A DNA stretch of 63,778 nucleotides, filler included, from Trichomonas gallinae (lineage: Eukaryota): the NCBI GenBank assembly GCA_008369845.1. It is 4 parts of 4 records of this genome, joined end to end, with 100 filler letters (N's around TTAATTAATTAA, not from the genome) between each part and the next. Parts side by side here need not be neighbours in the genome. Positions count along the whole stretch, not along the records: positions 30,644 to 58,850 come from MRSU01000532.1; 3 more parts are not named here. One strand, 5' to 3'. Of the stretch, positions 43,205-53,692 are shown in pieces. A program made the translations under genes and the position numbers. Each line of letters opens with the position of its first letter. Position 1 is the stretch's first letter. The notes under the pieces are model-generated. The model worked only from the letters and a program-made list of their open reading frames with translations. It was not told the DNA's origin and did no database searches.

Positions 43205-43462
43205 CTATTCTGTTTCGACCTTCTCATATTTTTTATTGTTGATTTTCTTGACAATTTTTACTTTTAATGACGCACAAGAGTTTGGCGATAGGTAGTTGAT
43301 GTAACGCTCACGACACTGTCTTGTTGTCATTGTCTTCATAATTGCAATCTTTTTCCATGCACAATTTCCATGTATGCAAACTAACTCACTTAAGCGTGCA
43401 TCTTCTTCAGCTGTGAACTTCTGCCTTGTGGTCTCATTGTTACTGTTCTTCGATACTTCCAT
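43205..43462 (-). pseudogene. Truncated single-repeat Myb gene
   Basis: KFTAEEDARL...W...TTRQCRERYINYLSP is followed by unrelated sequence; the second Myb repeat is missing. Confidence 0.6.
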
Positions 43463-43863
43463 TCGTAATGAGAGAATGGAGCTTGCCTTTTTGAAAAATG
43501 GCTTTGTTTCCATAACTGATTTCGTACTTAAAATATTGAACAATCTAATTAGATTGAGTTCATTCACAAATTTGTAAATGCTATGATGTGACTATAAACA
43601 AAAACTCCCTGAATAGTGCGTGCACGCAATATTGGGGATTTTATGAGTATAATTCCGAAATATACTTTTCTATATCCATTTCAATTTTGAGCCACATATG
43701 GGTGTCAAAACTGACAACTATCTAATATGCAATTCCATATATTTATGAAGGATCCACTCGTTAAATCTTTCTGGAAATTGTCGAACTGAATTCATCCTGT
43801 TTTTTAATTTTTTTTTAGAGAACTCCCAACAAGAATGTGTAGCTTTACCATTCTTATAATTGA

Positions 43864-44107
43864 AGTTCTAGCACATCCGTTAGTGATCCCATACCACTTT
43901 ACATCAGAATCCGCGTCCCCCTCCAATGCCAGTACTACGCGAACTATTGCCCAGACTTGATCCAGAGATTCATCACTTTCGGAGGCTACAGACTCTTACC
44001 AACACAGATCAACTTCACGAAGAGCGGCAGCAAGTTCATCGTCGAGCACTCGTGGCCAGAACTACTAATCTGGCAGAACCACGAATCTGGTATCCTCCAG
44101 AACTAGT
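43864..44107 (+). pseudogene. ATG-less coding fragment, possibly from a DUF4832-like carbohydrate-active gene
   Basis: GC-elevated island with C-ending codons reading ...YCPDLIQRFITFGGYRLLPTQINFTKSGSKFIVEHSW...; a different frame from the listed 43926 ORF. Confidence 0.35.
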
Positions 44108-44219
44108 TAGAGAGTGGGTCAAGATATTAGAAGTCAATATACAATAATTTTTTTATTTCTTTTTAGAATATATAATAATAAAAACTAACTATTCTATTTC
44201 ATTATTATTTACAATCGAA

Positions 44220-45579
44220 TCATTTTGCTCCAACTTTCGTCAATGAATTGGTAATTTTTTCGTAATCTGGAATTAGTTCACGATTATTTTTACGATAGTA
44301 TGGCTTTAACCCTTATGCATAATCAAGAGGTGTTTTACCTGAGCTGTCACATTCGGATATCTCAACACGAATATATATTAAGTAATCGACCGCTTCTGGA
44401 AATCCATGCATAGAAGCAAAGTGAAGGCATGTTTTGTTATCATTTGTTTTGTCATTTTTATTGCAACCAACTGAGATTAAAAATTTGATAGTTTCAACAA
44501 TTTTGGAGTCATTTTCTGATATCTGTATCCGGGCTGTAATGCTGCATGCATTGGAGATAGACCATTAATATCTTTAATATATGGATCTGAACCATTTTCA
44601 TAAAGGAAAATTACATAATCAAGATATGAGTATCGTGCTGCATAATAAATGCAAGATCGATTTTGATTATCAACAGAGTTAGCTGAAAGTCCTAATGAAA
44701 TAAAATATTCTATTAAATCTATTTTATCAGGAGATTTTGATGCTTCCAATATTGCATTTATTCCTTTGTTATCACGATGATTTATATCGAGGCCATTTTC
44801 AATTAAATACTTGAAAATATCCATTTGTTTTTGTTTGTCCTTGCAGTCACATTGTAAGCTCTCTAAAACAGCATTTTCAGAATTGTAGCATAAAATATTG
44901 ACATTGTAACCTGCTTCGACAAGAGATTTCACCAAGTCGAAATTACAATTACGGCATGCATAGTGAAGTATATCTTTGCCAATTTCCGTGAGACCAACTT
45001 CATGAGCAAATTTGAAGAATATATGTTTATCAGGCATTTGACTTTGTCTTTCAAGCATTCTATATAAAGAAAAAAGAGCAGCAATAGATGTCTTTCACTT
45101 TGGAGTTTTGACTTACATAATTCAATTAAGTTAGTTCGTGCATCACGTGTGAATTTGGTTTTGAGATTTGCAATTTCGTCTTCTTTTGCAGATATTTGTG
45201 CACGAAGTGTTTCAATCTCTTGAGAAACGTTGAATATGTAGTCGCTCACTTTGACACACAGACCTCTGATGCTGCGAAGTGGAGATGCAGAGAGACTGTC
45301 GATGCACGTGCTGATGAAGCTGATCATGTCGACGATGTTGTCATGAAAGTCGACATTGATAGACTTGAATATCTTGAAACATCCGATGTCATCGTAATGT
45401 TGCTTGCAGTGTTGCATTATGAATTTAGAATCTTCTGCGTCGAGAACGCATTTAGACAAGAGGCTCGTTATCGTTTCGATGTCGTCGAATATTTCGAAAA
45501 CGTTGTCATTCTTGATGAACGTCTTTATATCCTTCGCAGTCTTCTCGATGTCGAGGACCAAATCACTGTCTCCATTCAT
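44220..45579 (-). pseudogene. Ankyrin-repeat protein pseudogene (trichomonad-type N-terminal domain plus ankyrins)
   Basis: Three frames are needed: 45579-~45090, then ankyrins to ~44510, then KIVETIKFLISVGC...KTCLHFASMHG...GKTPLDYA* with a premature stop. Confidence 0.8.
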
Positions 45580-45719
45580 CTAATAATATATGACACTTTT
45601 TGTAAATTGGAAGTCAAATAATTTTTTCAATTTTGCAAAATTCCAAAATATGTCGTGTAAATGTCAAAATAATAAAAATTGTCGTGTAAATGTCAAAATT
45701 CTAATTAATAACGTATACT

Positions 45720-45724
45720 TCACT
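45720..45724 (+). promoter_or_regulatory. Trichomonad initiator (Inr) element TCACT
   Basis: TCACT begins 9 nt upstream of the ATG at 45729. Similar Inr motifs precede Myb, H2A and H2B. Confidence 0.65.
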
Positions 45725-45728
45725 TAAA

Positions 45729-46457
45729 ATGGCCGAAAATTGGGAATTCACCGAACAATCTGATAACGGATTCCAAACATGGGCTGACAAGGACAAGATG
45801 ACTCTCATTAACGAAAAATGGGGACTCAATGGCATAAAAGCGCGCACGTTTAATTATACTGGAGAACTTCCAACACCTTTCAACCCACAAACATTCTTTT
45901 CCGCACTCTTAAATACAAAGGGTGTTGCATCAGAAGAAGTAAAAAACCTCGATCTTGAACCATTGACAACAATTTCGGTTGGAAACAAGTTCTGGAAGAA
46001 ATTATGGACACCACCGAACAATATCTGCAGAAATGCTACTGGTCACTACATAAATAAATGCCCAGATCATCATGTTCGCGGAATGTGGTTATCAGATTGC
46101 CTCCAAGTCGCTCTTCTCGACGAAGATTCAGAGGAATACGAAGTATTTACTCAGGAAGATCGCAAAGAGCTTCTTTTCCAGGTCATTAAGTTACTTGTTC
46201 TCGGCGGAGAAATTTGTCAGTACGAAGATGAATGGGATACATACGAACCAGTCATCACATCGCTCTACAGAGACTTAATCGGAAAGAGTGTCGTCAAAAA
46301 TACAAGTGGAGCCATTTCGGTTGTTGCTCGCGCGTATTTGCTCACGAAAACGAACGGAAAATCAATATTGAGCAACCCAGATCGCTCAATGTGCCTCCTG
46401 GTTATCGATACAGTCACAAAGAAAGTTAGAATGTTGGAATATTTGGCTTATATTTAA
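45729..46457 (+). CDS. CFAP300: CFAP300/C11orf70 (DUF4498) dynein-arm assembly factor
   Basis: SDCLQVALLDEDSEEYEVF...ELLF...LVLGGEICQYED...YRDL. Confidence 0.88.
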   Translation: MAENWEFTEQSDNGFQTWADKDKMTLINEKWGLNGIKARTFNYTGELPTPFNPQTFFSALLNTKGVASEEVKNLDLEPLTTISVGNKFWKKLWTPPNNICRNATGHYINKCPDHHVRGMWLSDCLQVALLDEDSEEYEVFTQEDRKELLFQVIKLLVLGGEICQYEDEWDTYEPVITSLYRDLIGKSVVKNTSGAISVVARAYLLTKTNGKSILSNPDRSMCLLVIDTVTKKVRMLEYLAYI

Positions 46458-46507
46458 ATATTAAAATAAAATGTAATAAATTATCATAATACAAACAAAA
46501 TATTTAA

Positions 46508-49500
46508 TTAACAAACATTATCCACATAGTAGATGTGAACTGAACCGGATTCAGTGATGCAAACTAAAGATCCAATCTGACTGCAATATTGCATCTCAAT
46601 AACTTTCGAGAAACATCTGTAAGACTGCTTATTTGGACTGTCAAAGCCATAGAAAGCCTCTGATATGACGATTTTTCCGTCATCGAAAGCAGCAGCGAAG
46701 AAATCAAAACCTGATGAATTCGTCCATGTTGTTGCGCAGTTAATTTCTCTCTTTAAACACATATCATCAATAATCTTTTCGCCGTTGATTGTCGTCACGC
46801 TGAAGTTTCCGTATGAATCGAAGCATAAAATGAATCCCCACTTTTTGGTGATTTTTATTATAGAAGGAGCAAACATGTGTTCTATCGATGATATTTTAGT
46901 TCCATCGTCAATTCTGCAGAGGGTAACGAAACCCGCTGACGCGGATGATGATGCTGTTCCACAGGCGACGACTCCGAAATTCTGCGCGATATCTAAGCAT
47001 CTGATTGTTTCGCCATAGAAAGGAACGGAAAAGAGTAGATCAGTTGAATTGAAAATGTTGAGGGTTGCATCATCTGTTACAGCAGCATTCAAGTCATTTC
47101 CGACGCATACGACAGATATATTCGTCAACTGTTTGATGCTTTCGGATTCGAAATTCGCCAAAGTTGAATTCTTTGTCAAAGTAATGTCGAGTGATGCAAT
47201 TTTTTCTATGTTTTCATATTTATAGGATTTCATTGTGGAAATTTCTGTGTATCTCTTCGTTATTTTAGATATCGTTAAAGTATCAGCTGTAATGAACTTG
47301 ATTGTGTCTGTTTTTGCGTCCAAGAAAGCTGATTTAATTATCAAATCATCGCCAAGTTTTAATTTAGGAAACTGTAGATCTTTTTTAACTGGTTTTTGAT
47401 TTCTCTGCGGATGCTTTGAAGTAAACAATGGTGTTGGCATTGCACCGAGATTGGATATTGAAGCCTCGATTTCTTCTCTTTTCTCTTGATTGTTCTTGTT
47501 CTCTTTAGTCCAAATCGAAGGATAAAGGCATGGATTGTATGAGTTTTTATCACTTTTCTGGTCAACACCGAAAAACATGTCAATCCATTTGTTGATTGTT
47601 TTTGACACAACGTCGGATTCCAGGCTCTTCCTCATCGTGTATACGAAGTGCATGGCTGATTTAGCCCACGGAGGAAGGTTTACATCGTCGACTTGAACAT
47701 CATTCTTTTTGCCGAAATCGAAATTGTTCTTATTTTGGAGGAATTCAGGCATAAAGAAGAACTCTGGTATTAATTCTCTGTAGTCACCAAGCCTTGTCGT
47801 TGCTAGATTGAATGCGTCTGAAATGGATCCGAAAATTCTCGAAGGAACATCAAATTTTCCGCTTTGCATTTCTATGTGTAAACTTGTGAAACACTCGACT
47901 CTTATCAGCCAAAGGAAAACAGAAAGAGGACAAACAGCGAATGAAGAATATAAGAACTGTGTCTGTCCACATTCAACACGTGTTCTCAGCATGTCAAATC
48001 TCTCTTTTCCGATTGCGCCAACAGGCAGACTTAAATCTCTATAAAAAACTGGATCTGATAAATCAATGTAGTTTGACGTGTAATCGTTGAGTGTCCATGG
48101 AAGGAAAGGATACTGAGAGGCATCATTGTATGTTCTTCCACTGAAGATGTTGATAGTCATGAGATAATCGAAGGTGCTCATTTCATAGTTCATCCATTTT
48201 TCAGTAAATTTTTGTTCATTGAAGAAAGAAACAAAGTCGCGAGATCGCTGGATATACAAAGCTTTTGGAAGTTCGTATGCTAGAATTTTCTTTATGATCT
48301 GGTGTGGATTGGCATCAATGAAATGCAGGAAATACGTCTTTCCTGATACAGTGAAAATTTCGAGAGAATTAAGCTGGTGGTATCTTCTCCTCTTGAAAAT
48401 GTTGACGATTTCTTTGTAGTAAATCGTCTTTGCTTTTCCTTTCGATAATTCGATCCTTGCGTACCCTTTGCAGATAACGAATTTACCCTCGAAGCAGCCT
48501 GTTATCTTAACTAACTCGCAGTCAAACTCGTGCTGCTTGTTGTCAACTTGGAAGTCTTCATTACTCGTGTGAGACAATTCTATGACTTCCAAAATTTTCG
48601 GCAATGATTTATTGAGTTCACTCGTTTGTAACTCGTGGAATTTTAGTGCCTCGTCTTGTTTAGATTGGTTTCCTAGATCTCTTGCTATCGATGCCTTCAT
48701 GTGATCATCAAATTTCCTGTTGACTTTCATCCTGTATGGACAGAATGATTCGAAAACTGATTCATCACGCTTATATTTTTCATTTTTGATATCTTTCTGA
48801 CTGATCCATGGTCCGTGAGATGCATTCGTCCATAAAATGTGCCACTTCTTCTTACATTCTTCCTTCCGCATTCTTATGTTATCAGAGAAGTTCAATAACA
48901 AATCCATCACTTGGAATTCTGATTTCATGCTCGATATCAACCTTTCTGTATTCGAATTCCTATTATTAATGAATTGCTTGATTTTCTCGAGTTCATTGAC
49001 AACATCACTTGTGTAAGAAAATGTCTGCAACTGGTTGATGTTGTTCAAAATGTTGAAAACTGTTAATGATGGTTCCAATTTATTCACTTTTGATTCCAAC
49101 AATATATAACCGTTTGTTCCTTTTTTGAGATTTTTCTCGCTTTCTTTGAACAAATCAAGAGCAGTTATTTTTCCGAAGTCGTTGTATTGGTACAAGAAAT
49201 ACATGAGGACGCATGCATAAGAATGCGCGTATTCGAACGAATATGCCATGAAAACTTTTAGAATGTGTAAAGCTAATGAGTAATCTTCCCATTTTCCGTC
49301 TTTTTCTGAAATTCTCAATGAAAAATCTTCTGGATTTGCTTGCAACTCTAACTTCATCAACAAATCGTCAGAATACTCAATATTTACTTCTTCTTGTGGT
49401 GTAGATATGAAGTTCTCTGAGAATGGTGAGTTTTCGCCGAGTTTCTGCAAAAACTTGTTGCCACTTTGTTCGTGGAAACATATGAAATGAAAAGCGTAGA

Positions 49501-52500
49501 TAACAATTTTCTTCATTCCTTCTGTGTCGATTTTTCTGTCGAAGGCCAATGTGATAACTGCAGAAAACAAAACAGATATGTGCATATCCCTGCTTTTGTT
49601 TAATAATTTGCAGAAAATGTCTGTGACAGTGAGAAAGCTCAAGAAATCATTGAATGAACATTGACTTAAAAACAGATAAATCTGCGGATTCTCTTCTTTA
49701 ACGGCGTGTAAAATTGAGTTTACGTACCAATACTTGCCTTTTGCATATTTCTCGTTGGCCTGTACTTGGTTGTACATGTGTGTCATTGATGAATTCATTG
49801 AAACTTTCGCGACAAGTCTAAATAATTCTGGAAATGTTGGCAAAATAACCAAACATTTGTCGATGAATGATTTGGAGAATTTTCTGTCAGCCAAAAGTTG
49901 TTCAATTGATGCCAGAAACATGTCTAATTTCTCGTAAGCATTCAAGCAGTAGAATATGGATGAAATCGCATAAACAGTTAAGAAAACAATTTCTTCGTCT
50001 TGTGAAGTGATCAAAACATTTAAATTTTCAGCCACAGACAATGCTTCGTCGCCCAATTTCTTGATTGAATTATTATGAGAAGCAATGTCTAAAACTAATT
50101 TAAGTAAGTCTTGTTTCTGATTATTGTCTGGCGCTGAAATGACGTCCTCTAGTAAACAAGTGAAGATTTCCAAGTCCATTGTCTCCCAGGCGATTTTTGA
50201 GCAAACTAGGAATAATATATTTCTCACTTCGCAAACGTTCACTGTTTTCATTCTTTCTTCGCAAATCGGCTCTGTTGGATCATACCAGAAAATTACTCTG
50301 ATATAATGCAACAAGTCAAGCAATGGAAGAGTTTCTATGAATAATGCTTGGTAATTTTCGTAAAGTTTATGTGTAATGAAATTATAAATTTCGATTTGGT
50401 CGGATGAAAAACACCATATTCTGAAATTGAGCAAAACATTCGACAGCAACTGCGTTTTGAATTCCTTTGCTATTGATATGTCAAGCATCTTGTAAAGTGC
50501 TTCATACACCTCCATTGTCAAATGACAATGATTTGCAGCAGATAATAAATGAGACAGAATTTTGATGCCGCCAGCAGAAACAAAATCAATTTGCTCTCTT
50601 TCACCAACTTGTATTGCAGAACAGAGTAGGTTGACGCAATCTATAGCTTTAACGTCATTCTTGTTGCCTTCTATTGTCTTTAAATCTAGCTGGGCAAACA
50701 AAGGCAACAAAATTGAAATCTTGAAAAATTTCAGCAAAATGTTTCCAAACTGTCTGTTTGGCGCGTTGTGTAATTTTGAAATCATTTGCTCTGTGACTGC
50801 GAATATTGACTGGTGATGTTGTTCAGATGTTCTTAATCCTTTCTTGTATATCTTTTTAATTGCTTCTGGTGTTAATCTCGCTGTAAAAATAATATTCAAA
50901 ACTTGGGATTCATATGTATCACATTTTGATCCGATGACAACAATTTCCAAACGATTTTGGACGAGCGTTGTCATTCCTATTGCTGTAGGAATTGATGGGC
51001 GATTGTAGTTGTTGTATATTGTCATTCTATGCTCGCCATTAACAAACAATCTTGTTGTCGAAGTGAAAATTTCGATAATAACAAATGACCATGTTCTTTC
51101 TTGTATTTTTACTTCTGTTTGTTTGTCGTCGATGAAAAATTCCAAATTCTTTATAGAGCAATTAATAACGTGAGTCTCGTCGACCCCTCTGTAGATATGT
51201 AATATATCACCATCAAAATTCTTATCAATATACAGCCAGAACATCACTGAATATTCCGAATATGGACTCATGAATTCAAACTTGTATCGCTCATTTAAGT
51301 AAAGGCCAGGAAATTCCGGTTTATCATGAATATTGTCGAATAGTTTTTCAAGATAGTGAACATATATAGATCTTGGCCTCACATATTTTCTATCTATCAA
51401 AGCAAATAGTGATAAATATTGTTGTACAACTTGTGGCGATGAAACAATTGATGAAATTTCGTAAAATAATTTCAGCAGCTTTTCGTCGTCATTGTTTTGC
51501 TCGAATTGCTTGATTATTTCTATGTCAAGCTTAGCTGTGTGCATGGATCTAGCATTACTGTTATTTAGTTGGCATAACTCTATTAAATAATCAGCGAGGT
51601 CTTCTTTCTTTGAATAGTAAATCTTAAAAACAGCTGCAATCAACAAATTATTAGTAATTTCAAATTTTTCGTTGATGTTTTCAAGTTTTTCGTTGAAAAC
51701 TATTTTCATTATAGCTTTAAACGGCTCGTCATCATATAGTTCCAATAAGTTATAAGCATTTTCTATGTTTTCGCATAAGTTTTGCTTGATTTCTATCAAA
51801 TTGTTGACTTTAAAATAAAACTCGCAAATCAGTAGAACAGTTTCTCTCGATGTTTCGTTTTTCTGTATTGCTTTTAATACAGACGACAACGGAGCGCAAA
51901 TTGCTGTGAATTCAGTGAAGTCCCGCGTGTATTCGTTGATTGTCTTTAATAAAGAGTTTAACAGTTTCAGCTGAGGTTCATCATCCATGAAAATTTCTCC
52001 GATTTGTCGTATTAATGGTGAAACGATTGTAATGAAATTAGTGAAAGAAACTGCACGGGATAAATAAGCTTTGAGAAGATTAATAACATAAGGCCTTACG
52101 TTTTCTTCATACATCAGCGAAATTATATGTGTAGTGAAGAAAGAATTGGAGAAGAATAAATCAATCATTGCTGGAAAAGACAAAATTGCTTGAATCAATC
52201 TGAACAAAGCCAATCTTGCTTGTTCTATGTCATCTTTATGTGATTTAGATTGTGTGTCTGCTGCTTGTAGCTGTGTTGAGATCGTTGAAATAGTTTGTAT
52301 GATTTTTGGCTGACTTGGAATGAATTTAACGAACTCGTCGATTAAAATTATCAATATTTCCATGTTTTCGATGAATAATGAAGGATAATGAACAATTTGA
52401 AGAATAAACTCATCTAAGTTTGGATTCTTGTTGATTAACATCAAGAAAATATGGAAAAATCTCACAGCGTGAAGATTAATATCTTTTGAAGATGAAATTG

Positions 52501-53692
52501 AAGGATCTTTGATGATGTTTACAATTGGAAATTCTATCCTTGATATTTTGAATCTGCCATTCAATAAATAAAGCATGATTACGCTGAAATAATCCAAATA
52601 ATAAATTGATTCTTCCATTTCTCCAATCTTTTTAAGTAATTTATTGAGAAATGATATGTATATATCCTTGTAATTACTAAATACTTTGAAAATTAGCGAA
52701 AAACCATCTTGAAATTCAGGATTTGATAAAAATTTTGAATCTGGGTCCTTTTGCGGTGTAAATTGAATATCAACGCCATTTTTGAAAGTCTGGGTGAATA
52801 TACTCGTTTGTATCATTAAAACTTTCTCATATTCTATTTTTGAAAAATCATTGCGAATTATATCGAAAAATGGAGGATTTGATTCAATCATATGACACAT
52901 TGAGTCAAAATACATATCAGCGAATGATGTAATTGTGTCTATAGATAAATTTTTGTAAATCATCGAAAATATTGACAAACAGTTATCATTTAACTGGAAA
53001 ATATGTATCCGTAGAATTCTGAAGAGTTTTTCCATCATTTTTGGTGTAAAATCCAACGAGTTTTCTGCAAGCAATGTTGTTAAAAATACTAATATTTTCG
53101 GTGCATCAGTTTCTAGGCTGAACTGTGTTTTATTTGATATTATCTCTATTGAGTCTATAATTCTATCATAGAGTAGTTGTGGAATTTCTTCAACTAAGTT
53201 GATATATTCTGACAATGTTAAAAATATCTGATCAAATTGTTTATCGAAGTCTGTCGATATCACTATGTAGTATGTTTCTGAAATGCATGACGAAATCAGA
53301 TCTTTATGCATTGAGTTTGGATATTTACATAATAATTGAAAAAATTCTGCATTACCTGATAGATTACTCGCGTTATCGTATATGAAGAATAGTGATACAG
53401 ATGAATAAAGTAGAAAAAATACGATAATTTCTATTTCTGCTTGAGTTTGCGGAATATAATTCAACAATTTATCGATTGTTTTCAAATTGTAAGTAGGATG
53501 GAATTTTGCACGTTGAAATAGATCAGAATAGCTTGAGATGTTATCGGTATGCTTAGGTTTTAAAACGTTAATTGAATCATCTAACAAATTATAAAGGATA
53601 CTGTTATTGTTTATCGTTGCCAAATACTTCTTTATAGTCTGCGATTGCGGAGTATGGAAGATTCTTTTGCATAATGAAAGTCTTTCTTCCAT
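46508..53692 (-). CDS. Beige/BEACH domain protein (LamG-PH-BEACH-WD40)
   Basis: SGRTYNDASQYPFLPW, YRDLSLPVGA, RELIPEFF, LPPWA and WIDMFFG motifs, followed by WD40 repeats. Confidence 0.95.
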   Translation of the reverse strand: MEERLSLCKRIFHTPQSQTIKKYLATINNNSILYNLLDDSINVLKPKHTDNISSYSDLFQRAKFHPTYNLKTIDKLLNYIPQTQAEIEIIVFFLLYSSVSLFFIYDNASNLSGNAEFFQLLCKYPNSMHKDLISSCISETYYIVISTDFDKQFDQIFLTLSEYINLVEEIPQLLYDRIIDSIEIISNKTQFSLETDAPKILVFLTTLLAENSLDFTPKMMEKLFRILRIHIFQLNDNCLSIFSMIYKNLSIDTITSFADMYFDSMCHMIESNPPFFDIIRNDFSKIEYEKVLMIQTSIFTQTFKNGVDIQFTPQKDPDSKFLSNPEFQDGFSLIFKVFSNYKDIYISFLNKLLKKIGEMEESIYYLDYFSVIMLYLLNGRFKISRIEFPIVNIIKDPSISSSKDINLHAVRFFHIFLMLINKNPNLDEFILQIVHYPSLFIENMEILIILIDEFVKFIPSQPKIIQTISTISTQLQAADTQSKSHKDDIEQARLALFRLIQAILSFPAMIDLFFSNSFFTTHIISLMYEENVRPYVINLLKAYLSRAVSFTNFITIVSPLIRQIGEIFMDDEPQLKLLNSLLKTINEYTRDFTEFTAICAPLSSVLKAIQKNETSRETVLLICEFYFKVNNLIEIKQNLCENIENAYNLLELYDDEPFKAIMKIVFNEKLENINEKFEITNNLLIAAVFKIYYSKKEDLADYLIELCQLNNSNARSMHTAKLDIEIIKQFEQNNDDEKLLKLFYEISSIVSSPQVVQQYLSLFALIDRKYVRPRSIYVHYLEKLFDNIHDKPEFPGLYLNERYKFEFMSPYSEYSVMFWLYIDKNFDGDILHIYRGVDETHVINCSIKNLEFFIDDKQTEVKIQERTWSFVIIEIFTSTTRLFVNGEHRMTIYNNYNRPSIPTAIGMTTLVQNRLEIVVIGSKCDTYESQVLNIIFTARLTPEAIKKIYKKGLRTSEQHHQSIFAVTEQMISKLHNAPNRQFGNILLKFFKISILLPLFAQLDLKTIEGNKNDVKAIDCVNLLCSAIQVGEREQIDFVSAGGIKILSHLLSAANHCHLTMEVYEALYKMLDISIAKEFKTQLLSNVLLNFRIWCFSSDQIEIYNFITHKLYENYQALFIETLPLLDLLHYIRVIFWYDPTEPICEERMKTVNVCEVRNILFLVCSKIAWETMDLEIFTCLLEDVISAPDNNQKQDLLKLVLDIASHNNSIKKLGDEALSVAENLNVLITSQDEEIVFLTVYAISSIFYCLNAYEKLDMFLASIEQLLADRKFSKSFIDKCLVILPTFPELFRLVAKVSMNSSMTHMYNQVQANEKYAKGKYWYVNSILHAVKEENPQIYLFLSQCSFNDFLSFLTVTDIFCKLLNKSRDMHISVLFSAVITLAFDRKIDTEGMKKIVIYAFHFICFHEQSGNKFLQKLGENSPFSENFISTPQEEVNIEYSDDLLMKLELQANPEDFSLRISEKDGKWEDYSLALHILKVFMAYSFEYAHSYACVLMYFLYQYNDFGKITALDLFKESEKNLKKGTNGYILLESKVNKLEPSLTVFNILNNINQLQTFSYTSDVVNELEKIKQFINNRNSNTERLISSMKSEFQVMDLLLNFSDNIRMRKEECKKKWHILWTNASHGPWISQKDIKNEKYKRDESVFESFCPYRMKVNRKFDDHMKASIARDLGNQSKQDEALKFHELQTSELNKSLPKILEVIELSHTSNEDFQVDNKQHEFDCELVKITGCFEGKFVICKGYARIELSKGKAKTIYYKEIVNIFKRRRYHQLNSLEIFTVSGKTYFLHFIDANPHQIIKKILAYELPKALYIQRSRDFVSFFNEQKFTEKWMNYEMSTFDYLMTINIFSGRTYNDASQYPFLPWTLNDYTSNYIDLSDPVFYRDLSLPVGAIGKERFDMLRTRVECGQTQFLYSSFAVCPLSVFLWLIRVECFTSLHIEMQSGKFDVPSRIFGSISDAFNLATTRLGDYRELIPEFFFMPEFLQNKNNFDFGKKNDVQVDDVNLPPWAKSAMHFVYTMRKSLESDVVSKTINKWIDMFFGVDQKSDKNSYNPCLYPSIWTKENKNNQEKREEIEASISNLGAMPTPLFTSKHPQRNQKPVKKDLQFPKLKLGDDLIIKSAFLDAKTDTIKFITADTLTISKITKRYTEISTMKSYKYENIEKIASLDITLTKNSTLANFESESIKQLTNISVVCVGNDLNAAVTDDATLNIFNSTDLLFSVPFYGETIRCLDIAQNFGVVACGTASSSASAGFVTLCRIDDGTKISSIEHMFAPSIIKITKKWGFILCFDSYGNFSVTTINGEKIIDDMCLKREINCATTWTNSSGFDFFAAAFDDGKIVISEAFYGFDSPNKQSYRCFSKVIEMQYCSQIGSLVCITESGSVHIYYVDNVC

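Noticed and set aside
44929..45100. Intron or programmed frameshift joining the two ankyrin ORFs
   Set aside because: No trichomonad intron signals (GT...ACTAACACACAG) seen, and a further frameshift and stop lie downstream; pseudogene is the simpler reading.
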